DNA of 64,000 bases from Candidatus Bathyarchaeia archaeon (GCA_037481775.1 JBBFKZ010000005.1:1-64000); one strand, 5' to 3'. Numbered from the stretch's first letter, positions 9,907 to 20,861 are shown. Notes: generated from the sequence alone by a model not told the origin. Numbers and translations are program-made.

Positions 9907-10347
9907 ATGGGTTCCAAGTCTCCAAGAGGCGAATTCGCCGCAAGGCAGTTAAAAAAGAAACGGACCAGTTTTCGTTGGTCAGATCGCTACTATAACCGCC
10001 GTATGCTTCGCTTAGACGAGAAAGTCGATCCGCTGCAGGGCGCTCCAATGAGCCGCGGAATAGTTTTAGAAAAAGTTGGCGTTGAAAGTAAGCAGCCCAA
10101 CAGTGCCATACGCAAATGTGTCAGAACCCAACTCATCAAAAATGGGCGTGTAATAACGGCTTTCTTGCCAGGAGACGGCGCACTCAACGTTGTAGATGAG
10201 CACGATGAAGTGATCGTCGAAGGCATAGGCGGCACAAGAGGCGGAGCCATGGGCGACATTCCAGGTGTCCGATATAAAGTCATCATGGTCAACGGTGTAT
10301 CATTAAATGAACTTGTCTATGGACGCAAACAAAAGCCTGCACGGTGA
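9907..10347 (+). CDS. rps12: 30S ribosomal protein uS12
   Basis: [35 protein letters not shown]; ATG at 9907. Confidence 0.98.
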   Translation: MGSKSPRGEFAARQLKKKRTSFRWSDRYYNRRMLRLDEKVDPLQGAPMSRGIVLEKVGVESKQPNSAIRKCVRTQLIKNGRVITAFLPGDGALNVVDEHDEVIVEGIGGTRGGAMGDIPGVRYKVIMVNGVSLNELVYGRKQKPAR

Positions 10348-10931
10348 GCCATGTGAGCACAGCAAAGAAAGAGATAAAACTTTTCCAAAAGTGGTCTTTT
10401 GAAGGTATAGAGGTTAAAGACCCTGGCTTAAAGCGTTACTTAAACCTGACGCCGATGGTTGTTCCTCACAGCATGGGACGTCACGAACATCAACGCTTCC
10501 GAAAAGCAAATGTCAACATTGTTGAGCGACTAATCAATAACCTAATGCGTCCAGGTAAGAATGCAGGTAAAAAAGCCAAAATAACCAACATAGTCAAGCA
10601 AGCATTTGAGATAATTCATTTGCGTACCGGAAGAAATCCGATAGAGGTACTTGTTCGTGCTGTTGAAAACAGTGCACCGTGTGAAGACACGACGCGAATA
10701 AGTTACGGTGGAGTTGTTTATCACTTAAGCGTCGATGTCTCGCCGCAGCGCCGCATAGACTTAGCATTACGGCATATTACTGAAGCGGCGCGTGCTGCTT
10801 CGATTAACAACCCACGCAGCATACATGAGACCCTTGCAGAGGAACTAATTCTCGCTGCAAACAACGACATCAAAAGTGCTGCTGTCGCTAAACGCCACGA
10901 AATAGAACGGATCGCGCAGTCCTCACGTTAG
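10344..10931 (+). CDS. rps7: 30S ribosomal protein uS7
   Basis: [37 protein letters not shown]; overlaps the rps12 stop. Confidence 0.98.
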   Translation: MSHVSTAKKEIKLFQKWSFEGIEVKDPGLKRYLNLTPMVVPHSMGRHEHQRFRKANVNIVERLINNLMRPGKNAGKKAKITNIVKQAFEIIHLRTGRNPIEVLVRAVENSAPCEDTTRISYGGVVYHLSVDVSPQRRIDLALRHITEAARAASINNPRSIHETLAEELILAANNDIKSAAVAKRHEIERIAQSSR

Positions 10932-12103
10932 TGCACGTGAATCTCTACAACATCCCCATCTCCAAGAGCAAAACCCAACCCAACTTTTTGAGGACTAAAC
11001 GCTAAACGATCAGACCACACTCTGGCGTAAGCAAAATTCCGCTCAAAATCTGAATGGATACTTCTCGCTAGATCTGCTACTGTGGCGCCACGCCGTAACG
11101 TAAACGGACGCTGTGAAGGCTCTTTTGCGCCGGGTTCTTTCGTGTAAACACGAATCACACCTAAAGTGTCAAACAAAACCTTGCCAAGCTGCTCTAAACC
11201 CATCTGCTTCTCACAAGAAACCGCAATCACGGGCATGCGGCCAGCCACAGAATTCACCAGCCGCTGAAGATTCACATCCGCGCCAGCTACATCCAGCTTG
11301 TTTGCAACCACAATTGCTGGCTTGTACGTGGTGCTCTCAAAGATTGCATCTTCAACATCGTCCAAAGTAACTTCTCCAGAAATCTTCACAATTGCATCGT
11401 TGATGCGATAGCTTCGCAAAAGCGCTTCAACATCACGCATTGTGCAATCAACAAGTTTTCCAACCACAATTATGCGCAAGCCAGCACCCATATAACGCCT
11501 ATCAACATCCACTCTGCCTCGAGGTTTACTCACAAGCAACCGTGCCTTCTCCAACTCGCCGAGAATAAGGCTTAACTGCGCCACTGGATCATAAGATAAA
11601 TCCACCATCAAAATTAATCCGTCCGCATTTCTTGCCAAAGCAAGCGACTGCAAACCCCAAGCTCGCCCGTCAGCTGAGCCTTCCATCAGTGCAGGCGCTT
11701 CAACCAGCTGAAACTGTACATCCTCAAAATTCATAACTGCAGGTACAGGTTCCCGTGTAGTGTAAGGCGCCGCTGACACCGACACGTTTGCATTTGTCAC
11801 AGCCGTCAATAGGCAGCTCTTGCCAACTTTCGTCAAGCCCAAAAGCACCACTTGCGCCGCGCCTTCTTTCTCGATAAAAAATTTTGGGCCACCTTTGCCA
11901 GCGCGTTTAGCCTTCCGCTCTTCCAGCTCCCGGCGCAAAACAGCAATTTTCTTTTTAATCTGCCCTCGAAGCTTAAGTGTACCCTTATGCTGAGGCACTA
12001 GACTGAGGAATTCTTGCATTCGCTGGAGCTTCTCACGCGGATTCCGTGTGGCTTCAACTTCGGCCCATTTGTCCTTGGCTTCAGGAGGCAAATTTGTCGG
12101 CAT
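10928..12103 (-). CDS. DRG/OBG-family GTP-binding protein with C-terminal TGS domain
   Basis: [10 protein letters not shown]-terminus, G1 [19 protein letters not shown] (IRVYTKEPG...GDVVEIH). Confidence 0.9.
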   Translation of the reverse strand: MPTNLPPEAKDKWAEVEATRNPREKLQRMQEFLSLVPQHKGTLKLRGQIKKKIAVLRRELEERKAKRAGKGGPKFFIEKEGAAQVVLLGLTKVGKSCLLTAVTNANVSVSAAPYTTREPVPAVMNFEDVQFQLVEAPALMEGSADGRAWGLQSLALARNADGLILMVDLSYDPVAQLSLILGELEKARLLVSKPRGRVDVDRRYMGAGLRIIVVGKLVDCTMRDVEALLRSYRINDAIVKISGEVTLDDVEDAIFESTTYKPAIVVANKLDVAGADVNLQRLVNSVAGRMPVIAVSCEKQMGLEQLGKVLFDTLGVIRVYTKEPGAKEPSQRPFTLRRGATVADLARSIHSDFERNFAYARVWSDRLAFSPQKVGLGFALGDGDVVEIHVH

Positions 12104-12332
12104 AATTCTTCAGCCTAATATCAAGCGAAAACAAGTTTAATACAATTTCTAGCCGTGCAGTATTATTTCAGCTTTGTAGCGAAATATGATAAATAACCAA
12201 GAACCTTAAAATGATTCGCAAATCAACTTCTAGAGGATAAACGCAGAATTCATATGATAAGATTAAAATAATTGGAAGAATAGTTGTGTTAACGCACTAA
12301 AATTTAAGGAAAAATAAAATAGAGGAAGAAAA

Positions 12333-13637
12333 ATGAGCAAAAGCACAAAACCACACATGAACATCGTAATCATGGGACACGTTGACCACGGAAAATCCAC
12401 CACAACAGGGCACCTGCTTTACTTAGCCGGCGCCATCGACGAAAGAACAATCAAACAATTCGAAGAAGAAGCTGAAAAAATGGGCAAGGGCACCTTCAAA
12501 TACGCATGGGTTCTCGACAACCTTAAAGAAGAACGCGAAAGAGGCGTAACCATTGACCTCCGATTCCTAAAGTTTGAAACCAACAAATTCTATTTCACAG
12601 TCATAGACGCACCAGGACACCGAGACTTCGTCAAGAACATGATTACAGGCGCAAGCCAAGCTGACGCTGCCGTGCTCTTTGTTTCAGCTAAAAAAGGCGA
12701 GTTCGAAGCAGGAATCGGTCCAGGAGGCCAAACACGTGAACATGCATTTCTGGCTTTCACACTTGGCGTCCGCCAATTAGTCGTAGCCGTCAACAAGATG
12801 GACGACACCACAGTCAACTGGAGCAAGGAACGATACGAAGAAATTAAAAACGAAGTCGCACGCATGCTAAAGATGGTTGGTTTCAAAGTTGAAAAAATCA
12901 ACTTTGTGCCAGTTTCAGGATGGACAGGCGACAACCTAATCAAGAAGAGCGACAAAATGCCATGGTACAATGGGCCAACCCTGATTGAAGCACTGGACCT
13001 CCTAGAAGTACCGCCTAAACCAGTTGACAAACCATTGCGAATTCCCATACAAGACGTTTACAGCATCACGGGCATAGGCACAGTTCCTGTAGGCAGAGTT
13101 GAAACAGGCATACTCAAAGAAGGCATGAACCTCATATTTATGCCATCTAATAAAACCGCTGAAGTGAAATCCATCGAGATGCACCACACCAGAATACCAG
13201 TAGCTGAGCCGGGCGACAACATCGGAATGAACGTGAGGGGCATAGCTAAAACTGACATTCACCGTGGAGACGTAGCAGGACCAGTGGATAACCCACCAAC
13301 CGTGGCTAAAGAGTTCATCGGGCAAATTATCGTGATCTATCACCCAACCGCCATAGCTGCTGGATACACGCCAGTTCTTCACTATCACACAGGACAAATC
13401 GCTTGCAGATTCACGGAGCTGCTGAAGAAAATTGATCCACGTACAGGCCAAGTCGTCGAAGAAAAACCCAGCTTCATTAAGACTGGCGACGCCGCATGGG
13501 TAAGAATGGAGCCCCTGCGCCCGATAGCCATAGAGACCTACAATGACTTTCCAGAAATCGGCCGCTTCGCCGTCAGAGACATGGGCACAACAATCGCTGC
13601 TGGCATCGTGAAGGAAATCACAAAGAAAGGACCATAA
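12333..13637 (+). CDS. tuf: Translation elongation factor EF-1 alpha
   Basis: [38 protein letters not shown]. Confidence 0.99.
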   Translation: MSKSTKPHMNIVIMGHVDHGKSTTTGHLLYLAGAIDERTIKQFEEEAEKMGKGTFKYAWVLDNLKEERERGVTIDLRFLKFETNKFYFTVIDAPGHRDFVKNMITGASQADAAVLFVSAKKGEFEAGIGPGGQTREHAFLAFTLGVRQLVVAVNKMDDTTVNWSKERYEEIKNEVARMLKMVGFKVEKINFVPVSGWTGDNLIKKSDKMPWYNGPTLIEALDLLEVPPKPVDKPLRIPIQDVYSITGIGTVPVGRVETGILKEGMNLIFMPSNKTAEVKSIEMHHTRIPVAEPGDNIGMNVRGIAKTDIHRGDVAGPVDNPPTVAKEFIGQIIVIYHPTAIAAGYTPVLHYHTGQIACRFTELLKKIDPRTGQVVEEKPSFIKTGDAAWVRMEPLRPIAIETYNDFPEIGRFAVRDMGTTIAAGIVKEITKKGP

Positions 13638-13660
13638 CTCTCTTCCATCTTTTTTTATTA
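13638..13660 (+). terminator. Pyrimidine/oligo-T terminator after tuf
   Basis: CTCTCTTCCATC followed by an oligo-T run immediately after the stop, as in archaeal T-tract terminators. Confidence 0.5.
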
Positions 13661-13866
13661 GTATATTCCCGTTTCCTTGGTGCAATTGATAATTATTTTG
13701 AACCCCCAAAGTCCGTTAGCAGCGACCATAGAAGATTGCTATAGAACACATTAACTACCATTTGACTTATAACAGCTGCCATTGTTGAATCATGGGAAAC
13801 ACAACTTTTAAAATAAAGAATAATCATATAATATATTTTGGAACGCGGAATTAAAGGTGATTTTTT

Positions 13867-14049
13867 ATGGATTCTCGAGTTAGAAAATCGAGGAGAACTA
13901 GAATAGACACGGAACCAGGAAGGCGCTTGCGGAAAGAGATTGTTATCGAACATTATGAGGTTTTTGAGGCTGTTTCATTGAGGGATGTGCCTTTAGAAGA
14001 AAGGCGTAAAGAAGCACAGAAACCTTTGTTCTTAACGCGATATGAATAG
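13867..14049 (+). CDS. Small basic/charged hypothetical protein (60 aa)
   Basis: Strong SD AAGGTGA 6 nt upstream of the ATG; protein-like composition. Confidence 0.65.
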   Translation: MDSRVRKSRRTRIDTEPGRRLRKEIVIEHYEVFEAVSLRDVPLEERRKEAQKPLFLTRYE

Positions 14050-14101
14050 TGGCCATTGGAGAATGATGCCAAACACGATTTTTTAGGGTGCCCTTTAACA
14101 G

Positions 14102-15592
14102 TTACTGTTCAGGAAAAGCGTTTATCCTTTTTCGAAACTTTTTAGCCAGAAAGTACGCGCTAACTAAAAGCACAATAACCGCGCTGGAAAGTGCGATTAT
14201 AACAAATTCCACCTGCAAGGTAGAAGCGATTGACCAGATGCGCATGTCGGGATCACACAAGTTGCTTATACCCATACACCCAACAGTTACGATCTCCGTT
14301 TTTCCATTTTTGTCCAAATCGGCTACGCCAACATTCCAAGCGCAGACGCCGTCGCCGATACTCCATTCTTGACTCTGCTCTAGAAACAGCGATTTGCCAT
14401 CCACACGCCAAACTCGCAGTTGCGCATGATTAGGTTTAGTTTGATTTGTGTTAAAGCTTCCATAAGCAGCAACTATGCCGCTTGTCACAATCTCCATGTG
14501 CGAATCGCCGTCAACATCACCCAATGCTATGCATTTAACTTCAGTAAGGTAGTCGCTGGTCCATTCTTGGCTGCCTTCCAGCAGCAGCGTGGTGCCATTC
14601 CAAGTCCATATTCTAAGCTGCGCAGCAACGCTTTCTCCGTCGTAAGTGAACCCGCCAGTGATTATCTCTGCAGTGCCGTCGCCGTCAACGTCGCCTACTT
14701 TCATGTTATTAACCACCGTGTTGCCTTGAACGCCGCCGGCAATGGTTAAACCGTAGCCGTCTTCCACCAAACGCCATTCGGCATTAGCTTTCAGCTGAAA
14801 TTCTTCGGAGTTCCAGTGCCAGATGCGGAGTTGGCCGCTGCTGTTTTCCAGTTTGCCAGAATATCCTGCGGTGATTATCTCGATTTCTCCGTCTCCGTCC
14901 AAGTCGCAGGCCGAAACTGTGCTGGCGCTGGTTACATTAGCCTCAAACCGTAGCGGTTCACCCAGCAGCGTCAAGTTGCCGTCGCGCAGCTGCCACATTG
15001 CAAGCTGCGTACTTGACCAGTTAGCGACGCGTGTTCTGCCGACCGTAATTATTTCCGGTAGGCCGTCTCTGTTGAGGTCTCTGGCGAAGACCGCGCCGCC
15101 ATATGTTCCTTCACTGCTCGCTTCTAGAGTTAATGCCTCTTCGTTCCAGCTCCAGATTCTAAGCGCACTCGAAAAGCTTGTTCCATTGATTACGCTTCCT
15201 GCCGTGATGATTTCGACCTCGCCATCGTTGTCTACGTCAGCCGCGTAAACGCATTCGATGTTGCCAGGCCACTTGTGGCTTTTTTCAAGGGTAAGATTTT
15301 GGCTGTTCCAGTTCCAGATTTTAAGCGGCGCTTCCAAAGTTAGCCTTTCGCCCTCATGCACTTGATACATTAAGCCGCCTGTCACGATTTCAATGATGCC
15401 GTCTTTGTCTACGTCGGCTAAAAAGAGGTTATGTGACCCGGGGATGCAGGTGCCGCCTACGCCGTAGGTTTCCCAGTGTTGCTCTGCTCTGAGCACTAAA
15501 GTGCTGGGTTGATGAAGTATGTAGGCGCTCAATATGATGAGTGCAAGCAGTAAAATGAATATGATAGAGAAAAAGGCTGTGTTTCTTTTCAT
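14102..15592 (-). CDS. FG-GAP/VCBS repeat (beta-propeller) surface protein, N- and C-terminal TM
   Basis: Seven DxDxDGxxEI(I/V)T-type Ca-binding repeats; hydrophobic helices at both ends. Confidence 0.85.
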   Translation of the reverse strand: MKRNTAFFSIIFILLLALIILSAYILHQPSTLVLRAEQHWETYGVGGTCIPGSHNLFLADVDKDGIIEIVTGGLMYQVHEGERLTLEAPLKIWNWNSQNLTLEKSHKWPGNIECVYAADVDNDGEVEIITAGSVINGTSFSSALRIWSWNEEALTLEASSEGTYGGAVFARDLNRDGLPEIITVGRTRVANWSSTQLAMWQLRDGNLTLLGEPLRFEANVTSASTVSACDLDGDGEIEIITAGYSGKLENSSGQLRIWHWNSEEFQLKANAEWRLVEDGYGLTIAGGVQGNTVVNNMKVGDVDGDGTAEIITGGFTYDGESVAAQLRIWTWNGTTLLLEGSQEWTSDYLTEVKCIALGDVDGDSHMEIVTSGIVAAYGSFNTNQTKPNHAQLRVWRVDGKSLFLEQSQEWSIGDGVCAWNVGVADLDKNGKTEIVTVGCMGISNLCDPDMRIWSIASTLQVEFVIIALSSAVIVLLVSAYFLAKKFRKRINAFPEQ

Positions 15593-15744
15593 TCCGAACC
15601 AGCTTTCTACACATACTATACGTGGCTTATAGATATAGGCTTTGATCTAACAGAACGCAACGCAGAAGTGGACAGGCTAAATAGGTTTAGGAAACGAAAG
15701 TAAGATAAACAGGGGATGCTTATCGCAATTTTAGAGTTGAGTTT

Positions 15745-16449
15745 ATGTCTGGTGCTGAAACGCTTCTGCCCTACCTGAATGATAAAAAAAATGATGAAAA
15801 GCCCACGATCATCGTTGACAGCCGCGAAGCCAATTCTGCCGCCAAGATTGTTAAAGGCCTAATCGAACGCGGAGCTAACGTCAAAAAGGAGACGCTGGAG
15901 AAAGGCGATTATATCCTGTCTGACCAGTGCGCGGTGGAGAGGAAAACCGTAACAGACTTTGTTTACACGCTCACGCGGCGTTACCTTTTTGAGCAGTTGT
16001 TCCGGCTTAAGGAAGCCTATCCCAAGGCACTGATACTCTTAGAGGGTTACCTGCCAATAATCTACAAGTTCAGCCACATTCAGCCCGCCGCAGTTTGGGG
16101 CGCCATGTTCAACTTGGCGAAAAACGGGATAGCACTGGTTAACACGACATCCTACAAGGAGTCAATTGACTTCCTATATGTTGCCGCCCGGCAAGAGCAG
16201 ATCGTGGAGAAAAGGGCGCCAGCGATTCATCCCTGCAAGAAAACTGAAACTTTGGCGGATGCACAAGTGTATTTTGTTGCAAGCTTACCCAACATTGGCA
16301 GAGAAAAAGCGGTTGCCATACTCAAAGCATATCAAACGCCGTTGAACGCATTCATCAACGTGGATGACTGGGCAAAAACAGTTTACGGGCTTGGTCCAGT
16401 AATAAGCAACAGAGTAAAAGAAGTCTTAAGCACACCTTACAAGGAATAA
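15745..16449 (+). CDS. xpf: Short-form XPF/ERCC4 endonuclease with HhH domain
   Basis: IIVDSRE, GDY, VERKTxxDF, ILLEG, LPNIG; no helicase domain. Confidence 0.9.
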   Translation: MSGAETLLPYLNDKKNDEKPTIIVDSREANSAAKIVKGLIERGANVKKETLEKGDYILSDQCAVERKTVTDFVYTLTRRYLFEQLFRLKEAYPKALILLEGYLPIIYKFSHIQPAAVWGAMFNLAKNGIALVNTTSYKESIDFLYVAARQEQIVEKRAPAIHPCKKTETLADAQVYFVASLPNIGREKAVAILKAYQTPLNAFINVDDWAKTVYGLGPVISNRVKEVLSTPYKE

Positions 16450-16590
16450 AAACCACTATTCCACGCCATTTTTGAGTTGAAGCGAAATGTCACTACAGTT
16501 TATGCCAGTTTTCTATTTATCAGCGCTACATAAACCATAAAAATTCAAGCCGCTTATGAATAACCGTGTTTGGAAAAGTGTAGTGAAAAC

Positions 16591-17130
16591 ATGGATAAAG
16601 TACGGTTAATTCTAACCTTAGTTACCGTGATCATCACGGTTGTGCCTATCGTGGGAGTTTTACTTGCGCACCGAGACAATTTACTGGGAATGGTTATCCC
16701 GCCTGAAATAGAAGAAATCCAGAACAAGCTAAGCAGCAGTGGCAGTGCTGCGGAGCCTATGCTGGAGCCTGTAGGTGAGCCGCAGTATGATTTTACTTCG
16801 CGAAAGATGACCCAACTAATTGCTTTCAAGAATGTATTTCCCTTCGATATCACCATTAACTCGATCACTGGAGATGTTGAATGCGCCGCGCATAATTTTC
16901 ACTTAGGCGCTGTAAACCTCGAAGAGCCTGTAAGCATAAATGTGAATGAAACTAAGACCTTGACGGTTGTTGTGACATGGACGGCAGCGGCGGAAAGCCA
17001 CTTCGAATCAGCACATGCCGATGAAGAGGTTGCCACCGTTAATCTGGTGGGTCTCACAGTGGATGTTAAGGGCGTCCAGTTACAGATGGATCAAACGATT
17101 GAAGTTTCAAACCCAATCAGGCAGAAATAG
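16591..17130 (+). CDS. Hypothetical protein, N-terminal TM and LEA/Ig-like beta-rich domain
   Basis: N-terminal hydrophobic helix; beta-rich body (FKNVFPFDITINSI). ATG 16591 preferred over TTG 16570. Confidence 0.65.
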   Translation: MDKVRLILTLVTVIITVVPIVGVLLAHRDNLLGMVIPPEIEEIQNKLSSSGSAAEPMLEPVGEPQYDFTSRKMTQLIAFKNVFPFDITINSITGDVECAAHNFHLGAVNLEEPVSINVNETKTLTVVVTWTAAAESHFESAHADEEVATVNLVGLTVDVKGVQLQMDQTIEVSNPIRQK

Positions 17131-17133
17131 GCG

Positions 17134-17718
17134 GTGATCAACGTGAAAACGATTTTGACAAGGGTTAACTGGTTCGGGTTTGCTGGCGGGGTCATAACGT
17201 TGCTGGTTGTTGCAGTCTCGCTGCTGCAGCCATGGTGGCAGCTTACAATTGGCGAAGATTTATTGCAAGCAAATGTTTCACCTGTAAACACCAACTTCAG
17301 TTTTGCAGGAACCGTGTTCACGATACCCCTCGTATGGGCTTTTAATATTTCCTGTCTGCTAACTTTAATCGCCGGCGGCGCTGCAATGCTACTTTACTCG
17401 TTTGTTCCAACTAAATCTTATGCTAAGCACTTGCTTGGGTTCAGCTACAAAAAGCCGCTGTACACGCTCATTTTCTTCATCATCGGCTTAATCACAACCA
17501 CGATGATCGTCCAAGCAATAATCGGAATCAGCATGCCGCTAATAGGTACAGCAACAGCCACTTTGCCACAGAACCTCACAGAGGGCGCAACCGTAAATAT
17601 ACCGTTGTACACAAGCTTTCAGTGGCCTTTCTGGTTAGCCGCAGCTGCCGCGGCATTTTGCATCGCTGCAAGATTATACCACAAGAGAGTTGCTCCAGCA
17701 CCAAAAGCTGCCACGTAA
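17134..17718 (+). CDS. Hypothetical integral membrane protein (4 TM)
   Basis: Four hydrophobic segments; 3 nt after the upstream gene. Confidence 0.7.
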   Translation: MINVKTILTRVNWFGFAGGVITLLVVAVSLLQPWWQLTIGEDLLQANVSPVNTNFSFAGTVFTIPLVWAFNISCLLTLIAGGAAMLLYSFVPTKSYAKHLLGFSYKKPLYTLIFFIIGLITTTMIVQAIIGISMPLIGTATATLPQNLTEGATVNIPLYTSFQWPFWLAAAAAAFCIAARLYHKRVAPAPKAAT

Positions 17719-17829
17719 ACGCCACAGAAAAGCCTCATGAAGCCAACTTTGACATTGCACTGTTTAGAGGCTGAGGAATACTTATTTCTATAAGTTCTGA
17801 AATGAAAATTAACACCTGCAACCATCTGC

Positions 17830-17904
17830 GGGGCTGTCGGCTAGTTTGGTCCAGGCTTGTAGCCTCGGGCGCTATAGACCCCGGTTCAAATCCGGGCAGC
17901 CCCA
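17830..17904 (+). tRNA. tRNA-Pro(CGG), no encoded CCA
   Basis: GGGGCTG/CAGCCCC acceptor, GTAGC-CT-CGG-GC-GCTAT anticodon arm, CCCGG-TTCAAAT-CCGGG T arm. Confidence 0.93.
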
Positions 17905-18071
17905 TTATCAATGCATTTTTCAAGTTTGGCTGCTCATTAGCTACAGCCGAAGGTGTTTTCCGCTTATTTATATTCCGTGGGTGACCGTTGCGTGCTAAGA
18001 TTTGGCTGTTTCAAGCGTTGAATGAAGGTTTAAGTAAAGCAGTGGATAAATGTTATTTTTGGTGTTCAGAG

Positions 18072-18632
18072 ATGGCTAAGGCAGTGGTTCTTCTTGCTCC
18101 AGGATTCGAAGAGATTGAAGCTACAACTGTAATTGACGTTCTCCGAAGGTGCAATGTTAAAGTTGTGGTTGCAGGGCTTTCTTCAGAGCTGATAACAGGC
18201 GCTCATGACATGCGAGTCGCTCCCGACACCTCGATAGACAAAGTGAAAGCAGAGGATTATGACGCGATAATATGCCCCGGCGGAAACCCCGGCTACATTA
18301 ACTTGAGAAAAAACCCTGCTGTTCTTTCGCTGGTGAGGCAGGCTTTCAATTCTGGCAAGCTTGTGGCTGCCATATGCGCTGCGCCCGCGGTGCTGGCGGA
18401 CGCGGGAATTTTGAAGGGCAAGAAATGCACTATTTATCCTGGCATGGAGGAGGAGCTTGAACGGGGCGGCGGAAAGGTGCAGAGAAATCTAGTGGTCGAG
18501 GACGGAAACGTAATTACCAGCCAGGGGCCGGCAACTGCCTTGCATTTCGCGTTTAAAGTAGCAGAGCGCCTGGCAGGTAAAGCCGTGGTTGAGGAAGTTA
18601 AGGAACGAATGTTGGCAAACCTTATTCTTTAG
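18072..18632 (+). CDS. DJ-1/PfpI (ThiJ/YajL-like) family protein
   Basis: GFEEIE, PGG, AAICAAP, TSQGPATA; ATG at 18072. Confidence 0.92.
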   Translation: MAKAVVLLAPGFEEIEATTVIDVLRRCNVKVVVAGLSSELITGAHDMRVAPDTSIDKVKAEDYDAIICPGGNPGYINLRKNPAVLSLVRQAFNSGKLVAAICAAPAVLADAGILKGKKCTIYPGMEEELERGGGKVQRNLVVEDGNVITSQGPATALHFAFKVAERLAGKAVVEEVKERMLANLIL

Positions 18633-18748
18633 ATAGCCACAGCGCGCGAACAATCAGAGCAAGGTATTCGAGAAAATAATGTTTAGGTAGCAGGGTTTCT
18701 TTAAGAAAGCATTTTAAGATTTGGTCTAATATTTTTATGTAGTGAAAC

Positions 18749-19747
18749 GTGTATTCTGGTGTCTCATTGAGAGTTTTTCCCAGACCGATAGTCGTGGTAT
18801 CTGAGTGTATTACTTTTGCGCCTGTCCGTTACGATGGGCAGATTATTTCAAGCGAAGTTGTTGAAAAGCTTAAGCCGTATGTCTATTTTATTCCAGTATG
18901 CCCCGAAGTAGGCATCGGCTTGGGAGTCCCACGGCAACCAGTGCGGATAGTATTGGTTAACGGCGAGCGCCGATTAATCCAGCCAGCTACAGGAGCAGAT
19001 TTCACCGAGAAAATGCGCGCCTTCGCTGAGTCATTCTTGGACTCTTTAAAAGAAGTTGACGGCTTTATTCTTAAACATGGCTCGCCAAGTAGCGGCTTAA
19101 GAAACGTGAAAGTCTACGGGAGCATCCAGAAGTCAGCGCCCATCGGCAAAGGCCCAGGCTTCTTCGGAGAGGCGGTGCTACAAAAATTTCCCGGCCTCGC
19201 AATAGAAGACGAAGGGCGATTAATGAACACTAAAATCCGCAATCATTTCCTAACCAAGCTTTTCACTATGGCAAGGTTCAGAGAAGCCGCGAAAGCAGGG
19301 AAAATCAGCGACCTAATCCGTTTCCACTCTGAAAACAAGTATTTGCTAACGGCTTACAGCCAGAAAGAACTTGGATACATGGGAAGAATAGTTGCCAACC
19401 AAGAGAGGAAGTCAACCGCGGAAATTTTTGCTGAGTATAAGAAGCACTTGATGCTGGCGATAGCGAAAACTCCGAGTGCAGGTTCGTATGCGAATGTGCT
19501 CCTGAAAATTATGGGCTACTTCTCGGGCAGCCTCTCAAAGGAGGAAAAAGCCTTTTTCATCGAGCGCGTCGAGAAATACAAGGCACGTCAGCTTCCGTTA
19601 AGCGCTTTATTAAGTATCCTGAAAGCTTGGATAATACGATTCAAACAAGATTATTTGTCTGCGCAGACATTTCTAGAGCCATATCCCGAAGCCTTGTCGG
19701 AACTGGATTACTCGCTCTCGCAAAACGCGCGGGATTACGGGAAGTAG
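18749..19747 (+). CDS. DUF523 (2-thiouracil desulfurase-like) + DUF1722 (YbgA) fusion
   Basis: SECxxxxPVRYDG, PVCPEVGIGLGVPR, SPSSG, EDEGRL, FHSENKY, YLSAQTFLEPYP. Confidence 0.88.
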   Translation: MYSGVSLRVFPRPIVVVSECITFAPVRYDGQIISSEVVEKLKPYVYFIPVCPEVGIGLGVPRQPVRIVLVNGERRLIQPATGADFTEKMRAFAESFLDSLKEVDGFILKHGSPSSGLRNVKVYGSIQKSAPIGKGPGFFGEAVLQKFPGLAIEDEGRLMNTKIRNHFLTKLFTMARFREAAKAGKISDLIRFHSENKYLLTAYSQKELGYMGRIVANQERKSTAEIFAEYKKHLMLAIAKTPSAGSYANVLLKIMGYFSGSLSKEEKAFFIERVEKYKARQLPLSALLSILKAWIIRFKQDYLSAQTFLEPYPEALSELDYSLSQNARDYGK

Positions 19748-19815
19748 CGTACATCAAATTTTGATGGGCAACTAACTGCCGTCCTAACTGTAAAGTTGTT
19801 AAGAAAAAGAGGGAA

Positions 19816-20628
19816 TTAGAAGGGCACGTATATCCCGATGAACACTAGCCACGCAAGCGCGGTTTTAGCCACAAAGCTTAATATTATGTAGACGCGTTCG
19901 CCGTAAAGATAGTCTTTCCATGGCCCCACGCCCTTGTACTGCAGCACCATATTCAAGGCGAAGATGTTGAATACGGCAAAGTAGATGAAGAAGATTAGGT
20001 AGACAAACGTGGGCGGGTTAGTTCCCGTTGAAGTTATTGCTGCCGCGAAATAGGCGAAGAGTACTACCCATGGAACTCCACCAGATATGCAGCCTAAGAT
20101 GAACGGGAGCCAGGATGTTTTCTGGGCTTTTTGATTCACTACTTCCATGTAGTAGCCAAACATTATCATCATTGCATTTAAAGTGAAAATCATCACTAAA
20201 GACCAGAAATCCCAGACGCCGACAAATGTTGCAATTAAAACTATCATTATCGAGCTGGAAAATGTATACTCATACCACCGGTAAGGATTAATGCCCTTCT
20301 TCAAATTCTCGGTGTAGTCTCGGTTTTTCGGGAAAGCTATAATGAAATGGGCTAGGGCTGACATCAAAGGGAAAGAAGCAACTATGACACCGAGATTAGT
20401 TAAAGTAAACAGAACTTGAGGGTTGGGAGCAACAGAAATTGGCGGGCCTATGTTAAATTTCAAGTAAAAAGTGTATATGTCCCTCTCCCAGGATATCAAA
20501 GTGCCCAGCGCAAGCATCAAAATTCCCTGCGATAAATGGAGCACCCCTGCGGCAATATTGAACCGTTTTAAATAATTAAACGATATAGGCGATTGTGCAA
20601 TTATCTTCAGCCGCTCTTCATAATTCAA
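19816..20628 (-). CDS. Heliorhodopsin
   Basis: H in TM1 (LHLSQG), ALAHF, NPYRWYEYTFSSSIM in TM3, GERVYIILSFVAK with the retinal-binding Lys in TM7. Confidence 0.93.
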   Translation of the reverse strand: MNYEERLKIIAQSPISFNYLKRFNIAAGVLHLSQGILMLALGTLISWERDIYTFYLKFNIGPPISVAPNPQVLFTLTNLGVIVASFPLMSALAHFIIAFPKNRDYTENLKKGINPYRWYEYTFSSSIMIVLIATFVGVWDFWSLVMIFTLNAMMIMFGYYMEVVNQKAQKTSWLPFILGCISGGVPWVVLFAYFAAAITSTGTNPPTFVYLIFFIYFAVFNIFALNMVLQYKGVGPWKDYLYGERVYIILSFVAKTALAWLVFIGIYVPF

Positions 20629-20861
20629 TAAAAATCACCTCCCTAAACATGGTCAAACTTAGCATAAGTAGCTCCATTAAAACTGATTTATTGCAACTGC
20701 TTTTAAGCTTTTAGACTTATGATTAAACGAGCACTTCGCAACAAAGGCTCACCAAATTTAAGCTGATGCCAGGGATTAGGATAAATTAAACGCAGAAAAT
20801 TGCATAAAATCGTTTATATATCAATTACAAGATAACATAACTACGATTTATCATAATTTTT

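Noticed and set aside
9515-9952. Small ORFs between polB and rps12, and ORF 39357-39569
   Set aside because: They cross the non-coding 53-bp repeat and skewed DNA, with no SD or recognisable motifs.
13002-13953. ORFs antisense to tuf and the downstream region
   Set aside because: Shadow frames.
17735-17984. ORFs overlapping tRNA-Pro
   Set aside because: Shadow ORFs of the tRNA gene.
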